Below the pieces are notes generated by a model that saw only the letters and a list, made by a program, of their open reading frames with translations, had not been told where the DNA came from and did not search any database. 64,000 nucleotides of DNA from Spirochaetia bacterium (GTDB lineage Bacteria > Spirochaetota > Spirochaetia > SZUA-6 > Bin103). The DNA is taken from the NCBI GenBank assembly GCA_965208575.1, contig CBDBOV010000005.1, forward strand, positions 544,001 to 608,000, in the 5' to 3' direction. Both the position numbers and the translations under genes were made by a program. The number at the start of each line of letters is the position of its first letter. Positions within the stretch are counted from its first letter, which is position 1. Of the stretch, positions 20,697 through 30,943 are shown piece after piece.

Positions 20697-21550
20697 GCTC
20701 CGCCGCGGTCGCGGGCTCCGGCCGCCGGCGGGTGCCGTCGCTGGCGCCGACCTACGTCGTGCTGACCCTGATGGCGATCTTCTCGCTCTATCCGATCGTC
20801 ATGCTGTCGTTCAACTCGCTCAAGACCAACCGCGAGATCGGCGCCAATCCGCTCGGGCCGCCGACGGGCGAGATCCAGGTGCTGAACTACAGCAAGGCAT
20901 GGGTGAACGGGCGCTACGCCGTCACCATGCGCAACAGCGCCGTCATCTCGACCGGTACCGCGGCCCTGGTGCTGGTCGTGGCCGGTCTGGCCGGTTACTC
21001 GCTGGCGCGCCTGCGGCCGCGCGGCGGCGACGTGCTGCTGGTGGTGTTCCTGGTGTCCTCGGCGATGCCGCTGCTGCTGTTCCTGTTCCCGCTGTTCTTC
21101 ATGTGGAAGCACCTGGGGCTGATCAACAACCTGGTCGGCGTCATGATCATCCATGCCGCCCGCTTCGCCACCTTCTCCACCTTCCTGCTGCGCGCTTACA
21201 TGGTCTCCATCCCGCGCGATTTCGAGGACGCGGCGCTGATCGACGGCGCCAACCGCCTGCAGGTGTTCACCCGCATCATCGTGCCGATCACCAAGCCCGG
21301 ATTCCTGACCGTGGCCCTGATCGTGATGCTGTGGGGGTGGAACGAGTTCCTGGTGTCGGTCACGTTCATTCACGATCCCAACCTGAAACCGGTCGCCACC
21401 AGCCTGTACGCGTTCGCCAGCCGTTTCGACCGCGACTGGGCGCTCACCAACGCCGCCTCGGTCCTGATGCTGGCCCCGGCCGTGATCCTGTTCCTGATCT
21501 TCCAGCGCCAGTTCATCCAGGGCATGACCCAGGGCGCGGTGAAGGGCTGA
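20693..21550 (+). CDS. Carbohydrate ABC permease (MalG/UgpE type)
   Basis: IPRDFEDAALIDGA, WNEF, FQRQFIQGMTQGAVKG; ATGA overlap. Confidence 0.93.
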   Translation: MSSAAVAGSGRRRVPSLAPTYVVLTLMAIFSLYPIVMLSFNSLKTNREIGANPLGPPTGEIQVLNYSKAWVNGRYAVTMRNSAVISTGTAALVLVVAGLAGYSLARLRPRGGDVLLVVFLVSSAMPLLLFLFPLFFMWKHLGLINNLVGVMIIHAARFATFSTFLLRAYMVSIPRDFEDAALIDGANRLQVFTRIIVPITKPGFLTVALIVMLWGWNEFLVSVTFIHDPNLKPVATSLYAFASRFDRDWALTNAASVLMLAPAVILFLIFQRQFIQGMTQGAVKG

Positions 21551-21616
21551 GGCCGTAAGCCGATTCCCCTCCTGGACCGCCGGGTGGCGGGGGGCTATCA
21601 TCGGCGGGCAACAGCG

Positions 21617-22603
21617 ATGGGCCGATACCTGGTACGCCGATTCCTGTACGTGATCGTCGTTCTCTGGATCGTGTCGGTGGTGTCGTTTCTGATTATCCAG
21701 TTGCCGCCCGGCGACTACCTGACCAGTTACATCATGCAGCTCCAGGAGTCGGGCAGCGAGGTGGGCGCCGCGGAGATCGCCGCGCTCAAGCGGCAGTACG
21801 GGCTCGACCTGCCGATCCCGCTGCGCTACGTGAACTGGGCGGCGGGCACGCTGCGCGGCGACTTCGGGTTCTCGTTCGAGTGGAACCGGCCCGTTGCGGA
21901 GCTGATCGGCCAGCGGCTTGCGCTCACCACCGTGATCTCCATCATCACCATGCTGTTCACCTTCCTGGTGGCGATTCCGGTGGGCGTGTACTCGGCCACC
22001 CACCAATACTCGGTGGGGGACTTCACCTTCACCACGCTCGGCTTCATGGGCCTGGCGATTCCCAACTTCTTCCTGGCGCTGATCCTGATGTACCTGTTCT
22101 CGCGCTTCCTGGACATCAGCGTCGCCGGGCTGTTCTCCACCGAGTACCTGCGCGCCGGCTGGAGCCTGGGCAAGGTGTTCGACCTGCTGCAGCACCTGCC
22201 GGTGCCGATCATCGTGGTCGGCACGGCGGGCACCGCGGAGCTGATCCGGGTGATGCGCGGGTCGCTGCTCGACGAGCTGCGCAAGCAGTACGTGATCACG
22301 GCGCGCGCCAAGGGGGTGAGCGAGCGCTCGCTGCTGTTCAAGTACCCGGTGCGCATCGCGATCAACCCGATCGTCAGCTCGGTGAGCTGGCTGCTGCCGC
22401 AGATCGTGTCGGGGGCCACCATCACCTCGGTGGTGCTGAATCTGCCCACCACCGGGCCGCTGCTGCTGGGCGCGCTGCTCAGCGAGGACATCTACCTGTC
22501 CTCCACCATCGTCATGCTGCTGGGCTTCATGACCGTGATCGGCACCTTCGTGTCGGACATGATGCTGGTGTCGATCGACCCGCGCATCCGGTTTGCGCGC
22601 TGA
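21617..22603 (+). CDS. Opp/Dpp-type ABC permease (B subunit)
   Basis: YLVRR, PPGD, YGLDLP, GDFGFS, YVITARAKG, DPRIR. Confidence 0.93.
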   Translation: MGRYLVRRFLYVIVVLWIVSVVSFLIIQLPPGDYLTSYIMQLQESGSEVGAAEIAALKRQYGLDLPIPLRYVNWAAGTLRGDFGFSFEWNRPVAELIGQRLALTTVISIITMLFTFLVAIPVGVYSATHQYSVGDFTFTTLGFMGLAIPNFFLALILMYLFSRFLDISVAGLFSTEYLRAGWSLGKVFDLLQHLPVPIIVVGTAGTAELIRVMRGSLLDELRKQYVITARAKGVSERSLLFKYPVRIAINPIVSSVSWLLPQIVSGATITSVVLNLPTTGPLLLGALLSEDIYLSSTIVMLLGFMTVIGTFVSDMMLVSIDPRIRFAR

Positions 22604-22610
22604 GCCGGCG

Positions 22611-23717
22611 ATGAGCAATTTGAGCAACGTCGACGAATCCTACTACCTGGCCTCGCAGTGGCAGCTCATGTGGCGCAAGTTCCGCAAGCACCGGCTGGCC
22701 GTCGGCGGCGGCACCGTGCTGGCGCTGTGCTACCTGGTCGCGCTGTTCTGCGTCTCCCTGGCGCCCTACGACGTGGGCCGCCGCTTCCCGGAACACATCT
22801 ACGCGCCGCCGGTGCGCGTCCACTTCGTCGACGCCGAGGGCCGCCTGCACCTGCGCCCGTTCGTGTACGGTCTGGTCAAGGATGTCCACCCCGAGACCTG
22901 GGTCAGCATCTACACCGAAGACACCTCGCGCCGCTTCCCGCTGCGCTTCTTCGTGCGCGGCGACCCGTACAAGTTCTGGGGCGTGCTGCGCACCGACCTC
23001 CGCCTGTTCGGGGTGGCCGAGCCGGGGGTGCTGTTCCTGTTCGGCACCGACGACCTGGGCCGCGACCTGTTCTCGCGGGTGCTGTACGCCACCCGCATCT
23101 CGCTGTCGATCAGCCTGGTCGGCGTGCTGCTGAGCTTCGTCATCGGCTGCGTGCTCGGCGGCATCTCCGGCTACTACGGCGGGTCGGTGGACATGGCGGT
23201 GCAGCGCGTGATCGAGTTCATCCTGTCGCTGCCGACGATTCCGCTGTGGCTGGCGCTGGCGGCGGCGCTGCCGGCGCAGTGGAAGCCGCTGCAGGTATAC
23301 TTCGGCATCAGCATCGTGCTGTCGGCGGTGGGCTGGACGCGGTTGGCGCGCGTGGTCCGCGGCAAGTTCCTGGAGCTTCGCGAGGAAGACTTCGTGCTCG
23401 CCGGCAAGGTGGCCGGCGCCACCGACCGGCGCATCATAGCCGGGCACCTGATCCCGTCGTTCCTGAGCTTCCTGATCGTCAGCCTGACCCTGGCGGTGCC
23501 CAACATGATCCTGGCCGAGACCGCGCTCAGCTTCCTGGGCGTCGGCCTGCGCTCGCCGGTGGTGAGCTGGGGCGTGCTGATGCAGGAGGCGCAGAACGTG
23601 CAGACCATCGCCCTGTATCCCTGGTTGATGATCCCGGGCGTGTTCGTGGTGATCACGGTGTTGGCGTTCAACTTCCTCGGCGACGGCCTGCGCGACGCCG
23701 CCGACCCCTACAAGTAG
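22611..23717 (+). CDS. Opp/Dpp-type ABC permease (C subunit)
   Basis: FGTDDLGRDLFSR, ETALSFLG.G, SWG, FNFLGDGLRDAADP. Confidence 0.93.
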   Translation: MSNLSNVDESYYLASQWQLMWRKFRKHRLAVGGGTVLALCYLVALFCVSLAPYDVGRRFPEHIYAPPVRVHFVDAEGRLHLRPFVYGLVKDVHPETWVSIYTEDTSRRFPLRFFVRGDPYKFWGVLRTDLRLFGVAEPGVLFLFGTDDLGRDLFSRVLYATRISLSISLVGVLLSFVIGCVLGGISGYYGGSVDMAVQRVIEFILSLPTIPLWLALAAALPAQWKPLQVYFGISIVLSAVGWTRLARVVRGKFLELREEDFVLAGKVAGATDRRIIAGHLIPSFLSFLIVSLTLAVPNMILAETALSFLGVGLRSPVVSWGVLMQEAQNVQTIALYPWLMIPGVFVVITVLAFNFLGDGLRDAADPYK

Positions 23718-23746
23718 GGCGCATTGTTGCGCCACGCCCGCGGCCG

Positions 23747-23768
23747 TGGTAGACAACTTTGTCAACCA
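23747..23768. promoter_or_regulatory. Near-perfect inverted repeat, candidate operator (TGGTAGACAA-CT-TTGTCAACCA)
   Basis: 9/10 matching arms; AT-rich island in GC-rich DNA, just upstream of the GGAGG SD of the binding-protein gene. Confidence 0.55.
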
Positions 23769-23785
23769 ATCGAGGGAGGTGCACA

Positions 23786-25801
23786 ATGAGGAGCACACTA
23801 TTGGCCTTGGCGGTCGCGTTGCTGGCGCTGCCGGGGCTGTTCGCGGCCAGCACCGCCGAGAGCGCGGCGGTCGAGGACACCGGGGCCCAGATGACCGGCG
23901 GGTTCGCGGTCCACGCCACGCTCGCCGACTACGAGCAGGCCACCGGCAACACGATCACCGCGTTCAACGAAGCGCCGATGCTGGCGGCCATGGTGGCGGC
24001 GGGCGAGTTGCCGCCGGTACAGGAACGCCTGCCGGAGGAACCGCTGGTGGTGCAGCCGCTGGCGAGCATCGGCAGCTACGGCGGCAACCTGATCGGCGCC
24101 GCCAACTATCCCACTTACGGCGCCGACGACGTGTGGAGCGCCCGCATCCAGGGGCTGCTGAAGCCGTCCATGGACCTGAGCACGGTGGTGGCCAACGCCG
24201 CCAGTGGGTGGCAGGCCTCCGACGACCTGCGCAGCCTGACGCTCCACCTGCGCCGCGGCATGAAGTGGTCCGACGGCCACCCGTTCACGGCCGACGACAT
24301 CATGTTCTGGTACGAGGACTATCTCGGCAACGACGAGATCAACCCGGTCAAGCCGAAGATGTGGTCGCCCGGCGGCGAGCTGATGAAGGTGGAGAAGCTG
24401 GACGACCTGACGGTGCGCTACCGCTTCGCGGCGCCGTTTCCCGGAGGTACGGTGCTGATGGCCGCGGTGCCGCGCGACGGCAACTGGACGACGTTCGCGC
24501 CGCGCCACTACCTGGAGCAGTTCCACATTTCCTACAACCCCGAGGCCGACGACCTGGCCAAGGCGTCGGGCCACGACAACTGGTACCAGTTGCTGCGTTC
24601 GCACTGGGGCCTGGAGATTCAGTCGCGCGAAGACGTCGACCTGCCGAGCATCGATACCTGGGTGCTGGAGGAAGTCGACGCGGCGGGCAACAAGTACTTC
24701 ACCCGCAACCCCTACTACTGGAAGATCGACACCGCCGGCAACCAGCTCCCCTACATCGACGAGCAGACGCGGCAGTTGTTCGACAGCATGGAGACGATCC
24801 ACCTGCAGGTGATCAACGGCGAGCTCAGCTACGCCGCGTTCCACTCGGTGCTGAACAACTACCCGCTGTACAAGTCCAACGAGGCGGAGGGCGGCTACCG
24901 CGTGTTGCTGTGGAAGTCGCTGCGCGGGGCGGAGCAGACCTTCTACTGGAACCAGACCAGCAAGGATCCGGTGCTGCGCGAGATCTTCAACGACATCCGC
25001 TTCCGCCAGGCCACCTCGCTGGCGATCAACCGCGCCGAGATCAACGACAGCCTGTTCTTCGGGCGCGCCGTGCCGCGCCAGGCCACGGTGAATCCCGATA
25101 ACGAGCTGTTCGAGCCGTGGATGGCGGACCACTACGCCGAGTACGATCCCGACCGCGCCAACGAGCTGCTCGACGAGATGGGCCTGGAGTGGGACGCCGA
25201 CGGCGAGTACCGGCTGCGCCCCGACGGCAAGCGCATCGCGGTGGTGTTTCCCTATCGCGAGTTGGAGGGCCCCAAGCAGCGCATCAACGAGCTGGCCCAG
25301 GAGTACTGGAAGGCGATCGGCATCGACGTGACCCTCAAGCAGGTGAGCAGCAAGCTGTTCTGGGAGATGGTCAACGCCAACGAGGTCGACCTGGGCGGCA
25401 AGCACCTGGACATGAACACCGTGACCGGGTTGTACAGTTGCACCTTCTGCCGCTTCCGGCCCTCCTGGGGCGTGTCCAACGGCCGGCCATGGCAAACCTG
25501 GTACAACACCGACGGCGCCCAAGGCGAAGAGCCGCCGCCCGACGTCAAGGAGCTGTTCGAGCTCTCCGACCAGTGGCTCACCATGCCGCCCAACACCGAC
25601 GAGTGGCGGGCGCTCGGCAAGGAGCTGATGAAGAGGAACGTGGAGGGCATGTACCAGGTCGGCACCGTGGGCATGGGCCCGCAGCCGGTGCTGGTGGCGA
25701 ACAACCTGCACAACATTCCCGACGAGGGCTCCTGGTGGTACGACTGGTTCGCGGTGTGGTTCGCCGGCTACCACGCCGACCAGTGGTACTTCAGCGAATA
25801 G
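23786..25801 (+). CDS. Family 5 ABC substrate-binding protein (likely oligosaccharide-binding subgroup)
   Basis: Signal peptide; EAPML..GELPPVQERLPEEP, KWSDGHPFTADD, RNPYYWKIDTAGNQLPYID. Confidence 0.92.
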   Translation: MRSTLLALAVALLALPGLFAASTAESAAVEDTGAQMTGGFAVHATLADYEQATGNTITAFNEAPMLAAMVAAGELPPVQERLPEEPLVVQPLASIGSYGGNLIGAANYPTYGADDVWSARIQGLLKPSMDLSTVVANAASGWQASDDLRSLTLHLRRGMKWSDGHPFTADDIMFWYEDYLGNDEINPVKPKMWSPGGELMKVEKLDDLTVRYRFAAPFPGGTVLMAAVPRDGNWTTFAPRHYLEQFHISYNPEADDLAKASGHDNWYQLLRSHWGLEIQSREDVDLPSIDTWVLEEVDAAGNKYFTRNPYYWKIDTAGNQLPYIDEQTRQLFDSMETIHLQVINGELSYAAFHSVLNNYPLYKSNEAEGGYRVLLWKSLRGAEQTFYWNQTSKDPVLREIFNDIRFRQATSLAINRAEINDSLFFGRAVPRQATVNPDNELFEPWMADHYAEYDPDRANELLDEMGLEWDADGEYRLRPDGKRIAVVFPYRELEGPKQRINELAQEYWKAIGIDVTLKQVSSKLFWEMVNANEVDLGGKHLDMNTVTGLYSCTFCRFRPSWGVSNGRPWQTWYNTDGAQGEEPPPDVKELFELSDQWLTMPPNTDEWRALGKELMKRNVEGMYQVGTVGMGPQPVLVANNLHNIPDEGSWWYDWFAVWFAGYHADQWYFSE

Positions 25802-25917
25802 GAGAGCAAGGGCACACTGCGCGATAGAGCAGGAGCGCCGGTGAGCCGCGCGCGCCTCGCCCGCACCGGGGCGGGGCGGCGCGCCCGCCGCCCGCGGCGG
25901 CGCCGCGGATCAGCGGG

Positions 25918-28479
25918 TCAGCGGGACAGCGTGACGGTCACCGAGTCTCCCGCCGCGATGGTTCGCCGCTGCGGGAGGCGCGCCGCTCCGAGCCCGCGCA
26001 GCACCAGCTCCCGCAACTCCAGCTCGCCGCCGCCGACCGTCACCGTCGCCTCGGTGGCGCCCGCGAACGGCGTCTGCCGGCAGGTGCCCCAGCCGGTGCC
26101 GTGGCTCCAGAACCAGGTCGCCTTGCGCTCGGCGGCGGCGAACGTGAGGGTTGCGCTCGGCCGCGAGTAGGCGAAGCCGGTCAGCGCGAGCAGCGCCGAC
26201 CAGGCGGCCATGGAGCGCACGTAGTGCTCGCCGCACTCGATCTCCGAGAACGGGTTGCGCTTGCGGCCATCGTAGCGGCTGCGGATCGCCTCGATTACCT
26301 GCAGGCCGGCTTCGACCTGGCCCGCGTACAGCATGCCGGCGGCGGCGGTGTACTCGGAGCCGTTCCAGATCTCCGACTTGCGCCGCAGCGACCAGGGCGG
26401 CTCGCCGCCGCGCGGGTAGGAGGCGTAGATCAGCGCCTGCTCGTCGCCGAGCGCGAAGGTGCGCAGGTGGTTGAAGTGGGTGTGGAACTCGGTGCGGTAG
26501 TTGTAGCGCAGGATGCTGTGCAGCGTGCGCCGCACCTGCTCCGGTTCCAGGACGTAGCCCAGGTCGCACACGTGCGCGGCGTACTGGCCGGCGAGCTGGT
26601 CGACCTGGCAGCCGGCGCCGAGCTGGTCAGGCATTTGCAGGCGGCGTTCGGCGTGCTCCATCACCAGGCCGCGCGGGGCGGCGGCGCCCGGCGGCGGCGG
26701 GCGGACCTGCTGTTCGTAGTACTCGCCGTTGAACAGGTGCTCGTCCACCCAGGCGCGGCCGCGGCCGGCCAGCTCCCGGCACCGGTCGGCAAAGGCCGCG
26801 TCGTCCATGGCGCGGGCCATCCGCTCGGCCGCATGCAGCGCGGCCAGGTACCAGGCCGCCATCAGCGGATTGGGGCCGAACAGCTCGTAGTCCAGCGTGT
26901 TGTGCTGCGGGCCCTCCATCACGCCGTCGCGGTCGCCGTCCCAGCCGCCCGGTATCCAGCAGAACTCCATGCACGCGCGCGCTCTGGGCCACAGCCGCGC
27001 CAGCCACGCCGGGTCGCCGCTGAGCTGCCAGTCGCGGTACAGCTTCAGGATGCTCGCCATCTGGCCGTCCGCCGCGGCGAACGAGTGATCGCGGGCGCGC
27101 GGCAGCGGCAGGTGCACCCGGAAGTGCATCAGGCCGTGGTCATCGGTGGCGTGCAGGAACTGCACCTCGCGCATCCGCTGCGACAGTTCCAGGAACAGCG
27201 ACGCCGTGGCGTGCTCGTAACCCCACACGTGGTTGCACGACCCCATGCAGCACCCCTCGTTCGAGAAGCCGCCCTCGAACCCGTGGAAGTGGCCGTCCTC
27301 GGTACGGAAGCAGACCTGCGTGCGCAGCGTGCTGACGTTGAACAGGGCGGCCTCCTTGACCGCCGCCGGCAGGTCGCTCTCGCACACCGCCTGCACGAAC
27401 GCCACCGTGTCGGCTTCCAGCCGCGGGAGCTGGTCGAAGGTGCGTTCCACCACCTCCCAGGCGTCGCGGTAGCAGGTGGCGTAGTGGTTGCCGACCCGGG
27501 GGCCGCCGGTGCCGGGGCCGTCGCCGCCGGCGGTGAAGGTGGGTTCGGTGAAGCCGCCGATCGGACTCCAGGCCATGCGATTGGGGAAGTGCCAGCCGAT
27601 CACGAAGCTCACCGACGCCGTGGCATGCGCGGGCAGCGCCAGCGACACTGCCAGAGAGGCGTGCGGCGTCGCTCCCGTCCCCGTCCCGGCCCCCGCGTCG
27701 CGCGGTTCCAGCCGGCCGTCCGCGCTGAAGTCGTGCCAGAAGTCGCGCAGCGGCCACGGGGCCGGCTCGTCCAGCCAGGCGGTGCGCCGGGTCACCTCAC
27801 CGGCGGCGTCGGTCGCCAGGGCGATGGTTCCGGCCTGCTCGGCCGCGGCGTCCACCCCCGCTGAGGAGAGCAGGATGCCGCGCACCGGCGCTGTCCCTCC
27901 ACGCTCCCGGTATTCGTTGCAGTTGCCGGCGGGAGCGCCGAGGGCGCCATCGTAGCCGACGACGTTGGCGATGGTGCCGCACACCGCAACGCGCAGCGGG
28001 GCCGCCGTGGTATTGGTCACGTTGAATCGCAGGATGGCGGCCGGGATGCTGCTCGCGGCGACGTCGCCCGGGATCAGCGGGTTGAACCCCTGCACCAGGG
28101 CGGTGACCGGCAGGTCTGGATCGGCAAGATCCACTTGGCCGAAAGGGTAGGCAGCCGCGAAGCTGCAGGAGCGAAAGCGCGGCAGCCCGTGGTTGGGCTC
28201 GCCGCAGCCCTTCTGGCCGGTGATATAGTCGGCCTCGTCGATCGGTCCCTCCAGGGCACGCGCATGGCGTTCGCCGCCGGGCTGCTCGGTGTACACCGCG
28301 AAGAACGAGTCCGGCGGCGCAAAGCCCTTGGCGGGTCGGTTCATGATCTCCCAGTCGCGCAGGTTGCCGCGTCCGCCGAGGGAGATGGTGCCGGTGCCGA
28401 TGCCACCGAGCGGCAGCGCGATCATGCGCAGGTGATCCTGGTCGTACCGTCGCAACACCGGCCATGTCGGTTGCGTCAT
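25918..28479 (-). CDS. GH116 glycoside hydrolase (GBA2-like)
   Basis: PLGGIGTGTI..GRG.LRDWEI.NRP, FHGFEG, AADGQM, QHNTLD, NPFSEIECGEHYVRSMA. Confidence 0.92.
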   Translation of the reverse strand: MTQPTWPVLRRYDQDHLRMIALPLGGIGTGTISLGGRGNLRDWEIMNRPAKGFAPPDSFFAVYTEQPGGERHARALEGPIDEADYITGQKGCGEPNHGLPRFRSCSFAAAYPFGQVDLADPDLPVTALVQGFNPLIPGDVAASSIPAAILRFNVTNTTAAPLRVAVCGTIANVVGYDGALGAPAGNCNEYRERGGTAPVRGILLSSAGVDAAAEQAGTIALATDAAGEVTRRTAWLDEPAPWPLRDFWHDFSADGRLEPRDAGAGTGTGATPHASLAVSLALPAHATASVSFVIGWHFPNRMAWSPIGGFTEPTFTAGGDGPGTGGPRVGNHYATCYRDAWEVVERTFDQLPRLEADTVAFVQAVCESDLPAAVKEAALFNVSTLRTQVCFRTEDGHFHGFEGGFSNEGCCMGSCNHVWGYEHATASLFLELSQRMREVQFLHATDDHGLMHFRVHLPLPRARDHSFAAADGQMASILKLYRDWQLSGDPAWLARLWPRARACMEFCWIPGGWDGDRDGVMEGPQHNTLDYELFGPNPLMAAWYLAALHAAERMARAMDDAAFADRCRELAGRGRAWVDEHLFNGEYYEQQVRPPPPGAAAPRGLVMEHAERRLQMPDQLGAGCQVDQLAGQYAAHVCDLGYVLEPEQVRRTLHSILRYNYRTEFHTHFNHLRTFALGDEQALIYASYPRGGEPPWSLRRKSEIWNGSEYTAAAGMLYAGQVEAGLQVIEAIRSRYDGRKRNPFSEIECGEHYVRSMAAWSALLALTGFAYSRPSATLTFAAAERKATWFWSHGTGWGTCRQTPFAGATEATVTVGGGELELRELVLRGLGAARLPQRRTIAAGDSVTVTLSR

Positions 28480-28594
28480 GTAATGCGTTCCCCGCCGGCG
28501 AGGGTAGGGCGCGACCGGTGGCCCGTCAAATCCGTCGCGCCGGTGTCGGCAGCGCTTTTGAGGCGGCGCCGGATGTGCCGTACAATCCGCCTTC

Positions 28595-29239
28595 ATGGCA
28601 CTGCAGATCTACACCCACGGCCGCCGCGACCAGCCCACGGTGGCGCTGACCTTCGACGACGGCCCCAATCCGCCGGTCACCGATCAGATCCTGGAGATTC
28701 TCGCGCAACGCGAGGTCCGGGCCACCTTCTTCCCCATCGGACGCTGGGTGGAGCGCTGGCCGCAGGCGTTCGCGCGCATGGTGGCCGCCGGCCACGTGAT
28801 CGGCAACCACAGCTACGAGCACGACCGCTACCTGGGCGACTTCGACCGCGCCGAGGCGGTGCTCGCCAACGTCACGGGCAAGCCGTCGCGCTTCCTGCGC
28901 GCCCACTTCTTCTACTTCCACCTGTGCCTGGGGTCGCCGCTGGCCACCTCGCCGGGTATCAGGATCGTCGATGCCGACGTCAATCCGGCCGATTTCTCGC
29001 GCACCGACCCCGACGAGATCGTCCGGCGGACCCTGGAGTCGGACCAGTTGCAGGGCGGTTCGATCATCGACCTGCACGACGGCGCGGAGATGGAAGACGA
29101 CGCCACCCGCCTGTCCCGCCCGCGGCCACTGATCGAGGCCTTGCCGCGGATCATCGACGGCCTGCGCGAACGCGGCCTGACCCCGGTCGGCCTGGACGAG
29201 ATGGAGCTGGTCGACCCAACCGAATGGTCCCCGCCCTGA
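28595..29239 (+). CDS. Polysaccharide deacetylase (CE4/NodB)
   Basis: LTFDDGP, ATFF, GNHSYEH, IIDLHD. Confidence 0.92.
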   Translation: MALQIYTHGRRDQPTVALTFDDGPNPPVTDQILEILAQREVRATFFPIGRWVERWPQAFARMVAAGHVIGNHSYEHDRYLGDFDRAEAVLANVTGKPSRFLRAHFFYFHLCLGSPLATSPGIRIVDADVNPADFSRTDPDEIVRRTLESDQLQGGSIIDLHDGAEMEDDATRLSRPRPLIEALPRIIDGLRERGLTPVGLDEMELVDPTEWSPP

Positions 29240-29257
29240 ATGGCGGCGCCTCGGAGC

Positions 29258-29854
29258 TCACCACCTCATGCGGGTGCGCAGGTTGGCGATGTGGGCGTGG
29301 TGGTGGCTGCCGTGCCAGGCGTAGCTCTGGATGATCCAGCTTACGGTGATCGTGCCTGCCTCCGGGTGGTGCAGCGCGCGCAGCAGCGCCGACTCGTCGA
29401 GCGAACGCAGCGTGGCGGTCCAGCGCGCGTGCAGCCCGTCCAGCAGCCGCAGCGACACCTCCGGCGGCTCCGTGCCGGCGTCGGGCAGCCGGGCCCACGC
29501 CTCCTGGTCGTATGGCTTGATGGTGGGCGCGTCCTCGGTGAGCGCCAGCTTGGTGCGCACGTAGGCGTTCACGTGGCTGTCGGGCAGGTGGTGGACCACC
29601 TGGCGCACCGTCCAGCCGCCGGGACGGTACGGCGTGTCGAGCTGGCGGTCGGAAAGATCCTGCACCAGGGTGCGCAGTTCGGCCGGCAGCGCGGCGATGC
29701 GATCGATCCAGCGTTGGTGCTTCTCCGGCGTCGGGTGCGGGTCCTCCCGGAACCGCCCGATCGGGTACCTGAGCCGCTCCACGGCGGCGTCTTCCGTGCC
29801 GGCGGCGCCTGTGTCGTCGCCGCCCGGTGCGTAGGCCTTCACGTCCGCCACCAT
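29258..29854 (-). CDS. YfiT/DinB-family metal-dependent thiol transferase/hydrolase
   Basis: LRYPIGRF, LDTPYRPGGWTVRQVVHHLPDSH, PTIKPYD, YAWHGSHH.AHI. Confidence 0.9.
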   Translation of the reverse strand: MVADVKAYAPGGDDTGAAGTEDAAVERLRYPIGRFREDPHPTPEKHQRWIDRIAALPAELRTLVQDLSDRQLDTPYRPGGWTVRQVVHHLPDSHVNAYVRTKLALTEDAPTIKPYDQEAWARLPDAGTEPPEVSLRLLDGLHARWTATLRSLDESALLRALHHPEAGTITVSWIIQSYAWHGSHHHAHIANLRTRMRW

Positions 29855-29903
29855 ATCGCCAACCCGGCCTGCGTTGACAGCGCCGGACCGCCGCGCCGCC
29901 GCT

Positions 29904-30851
29904 TCAGGGCGGATCGGCAAGCGCGTCGCGGATGCGGTCCAGGATGTTCCGGTCCAGGACCAGGGAGACGTGGTTGGCGCCCTCACCGGCGATCACCGTG
30001 CTCCCGCTCTGCTCCAGGAATGCGACCTCGGCATCGCTGAGGCGGCCGACCACGGTGTCGGCCGTGGCGTACACGTAGATCGCCTTGCGCAGGTCGGTGG
30101 CGGCGAGCCGGTGGGTATAGCGGTCGTGGAAGGTGGCGCCCGCGATGAGCAGCCTGATCCACTCCCGGTCGGTCGTGGGGCGCTGTCCGGACGGCTCCGG
30201 GTCGGTTGCGTCGGGGAAGTGGTAGAGCATCCCCGCCAGCGCCCCGTCGACGTACTCGCGCGGCATGTCCAGGCGCCCCGCCATCAGCAGGTAGCGGTCG
30301 GCGCCGCCGGGGCCGTGCTGAGCCAGGTAGCGCGCCACCAGGAACGACCCGTAGGAATAGCCCACCACTACCACGCGCTTGCCCCGTGCCTTGAAGTGGT
30401 CGATCACGCGGCGCAGCAGTGCCACGCTGACGTCGACCTCGGCCTGCAGGTCGGCGAGCGACAGCCGGGCATGGCGGGCCGCGAGACGGTGGTTGAGGGT
30501 GAGCGTCTGGTGTACCTGCACCAGGTGGATCTCCTCGTGATTGGGCAGGCTCAGGAACGGAAGCAGCACGTCGAAGCTGATGTCGTGCGAGGGGCCGCCC
30601 TGCTCGAAGATCCACACCGAGTCGGCCCCCGGGCTCGCCGCGGCGGGGTGGACCACGAACAGCTCCGTGACCTCGGCCGGCAGCCGCGTGGCCCGGTACT
30701 CGCCGCCGACGCCGCTACAACCCGCAAGCAGCAGCGCAAGCAGGGCCGGCACGAACCGGCGCGGATGCGCAGTCACTCTCGCGGCACCGCGGCGGGCGCC
30801 GTGGCAGATCCGGCGCTTACCACTGGCGAGAACGGACATCGTGTTCGGCAA
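29904..30851 (-). CDS. Alpha/beta hydrolase, probable lipoprotein; start uncertain
   Basis: LLLAGC lipobox, QGGP, GYSYG nucleophile elbow, late Asp (DTVVG) and His (ANH). Confidence 0.75.
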   Translation of the reverse strand: MPNTMSVLASGKRRICHGARRGAARVTAHPRRFVPALLALLLAGCSGVGGEYRATRLPAEVTELFVVHPAAASPGADSVWIFEQGGPSHDISFDVLLPFLSLPNHEEIHLVQVHQTLTLNHRLAARHARLSLADLQAEVDVSVALLRRVIDHFKARGKRVVVVGYSYGSFLVARYLAQHGPGGADRYLLMAGRLDMPREYVDGALAGMLYHFPDATDPEPSGQRPTTDREWIRLLIAGATFHDRYTHRLAATDLRKAIYVYATADTVVGRLSDAEVAFLEQSGSTVIAGEGANHVSLVLDRNILDRIRDALADPP

Positions 30852-30943
30852 GCCTCAGCTTAGCACGCTCACGGTGCCGGTGCCGCCCGGCAAGCGGTTG
30901 GCGTTGCCGAACGGGTCGCGATGCTGAATCATGGCGAGCAACC

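Noticed and set aside
18351-25774. Long antisense ORFs (18351..20318, 20603..22627, 23798..25774)
   Set aside because: Shadows of GC-rich genes on the opposite strand; no motifs.
25830-25915. Rho-independent terminator between the binding-protein gene and GH116
   Set aside because: GC-rich hairpins are possible but there is no U-tract, so a specific call is not supportable.
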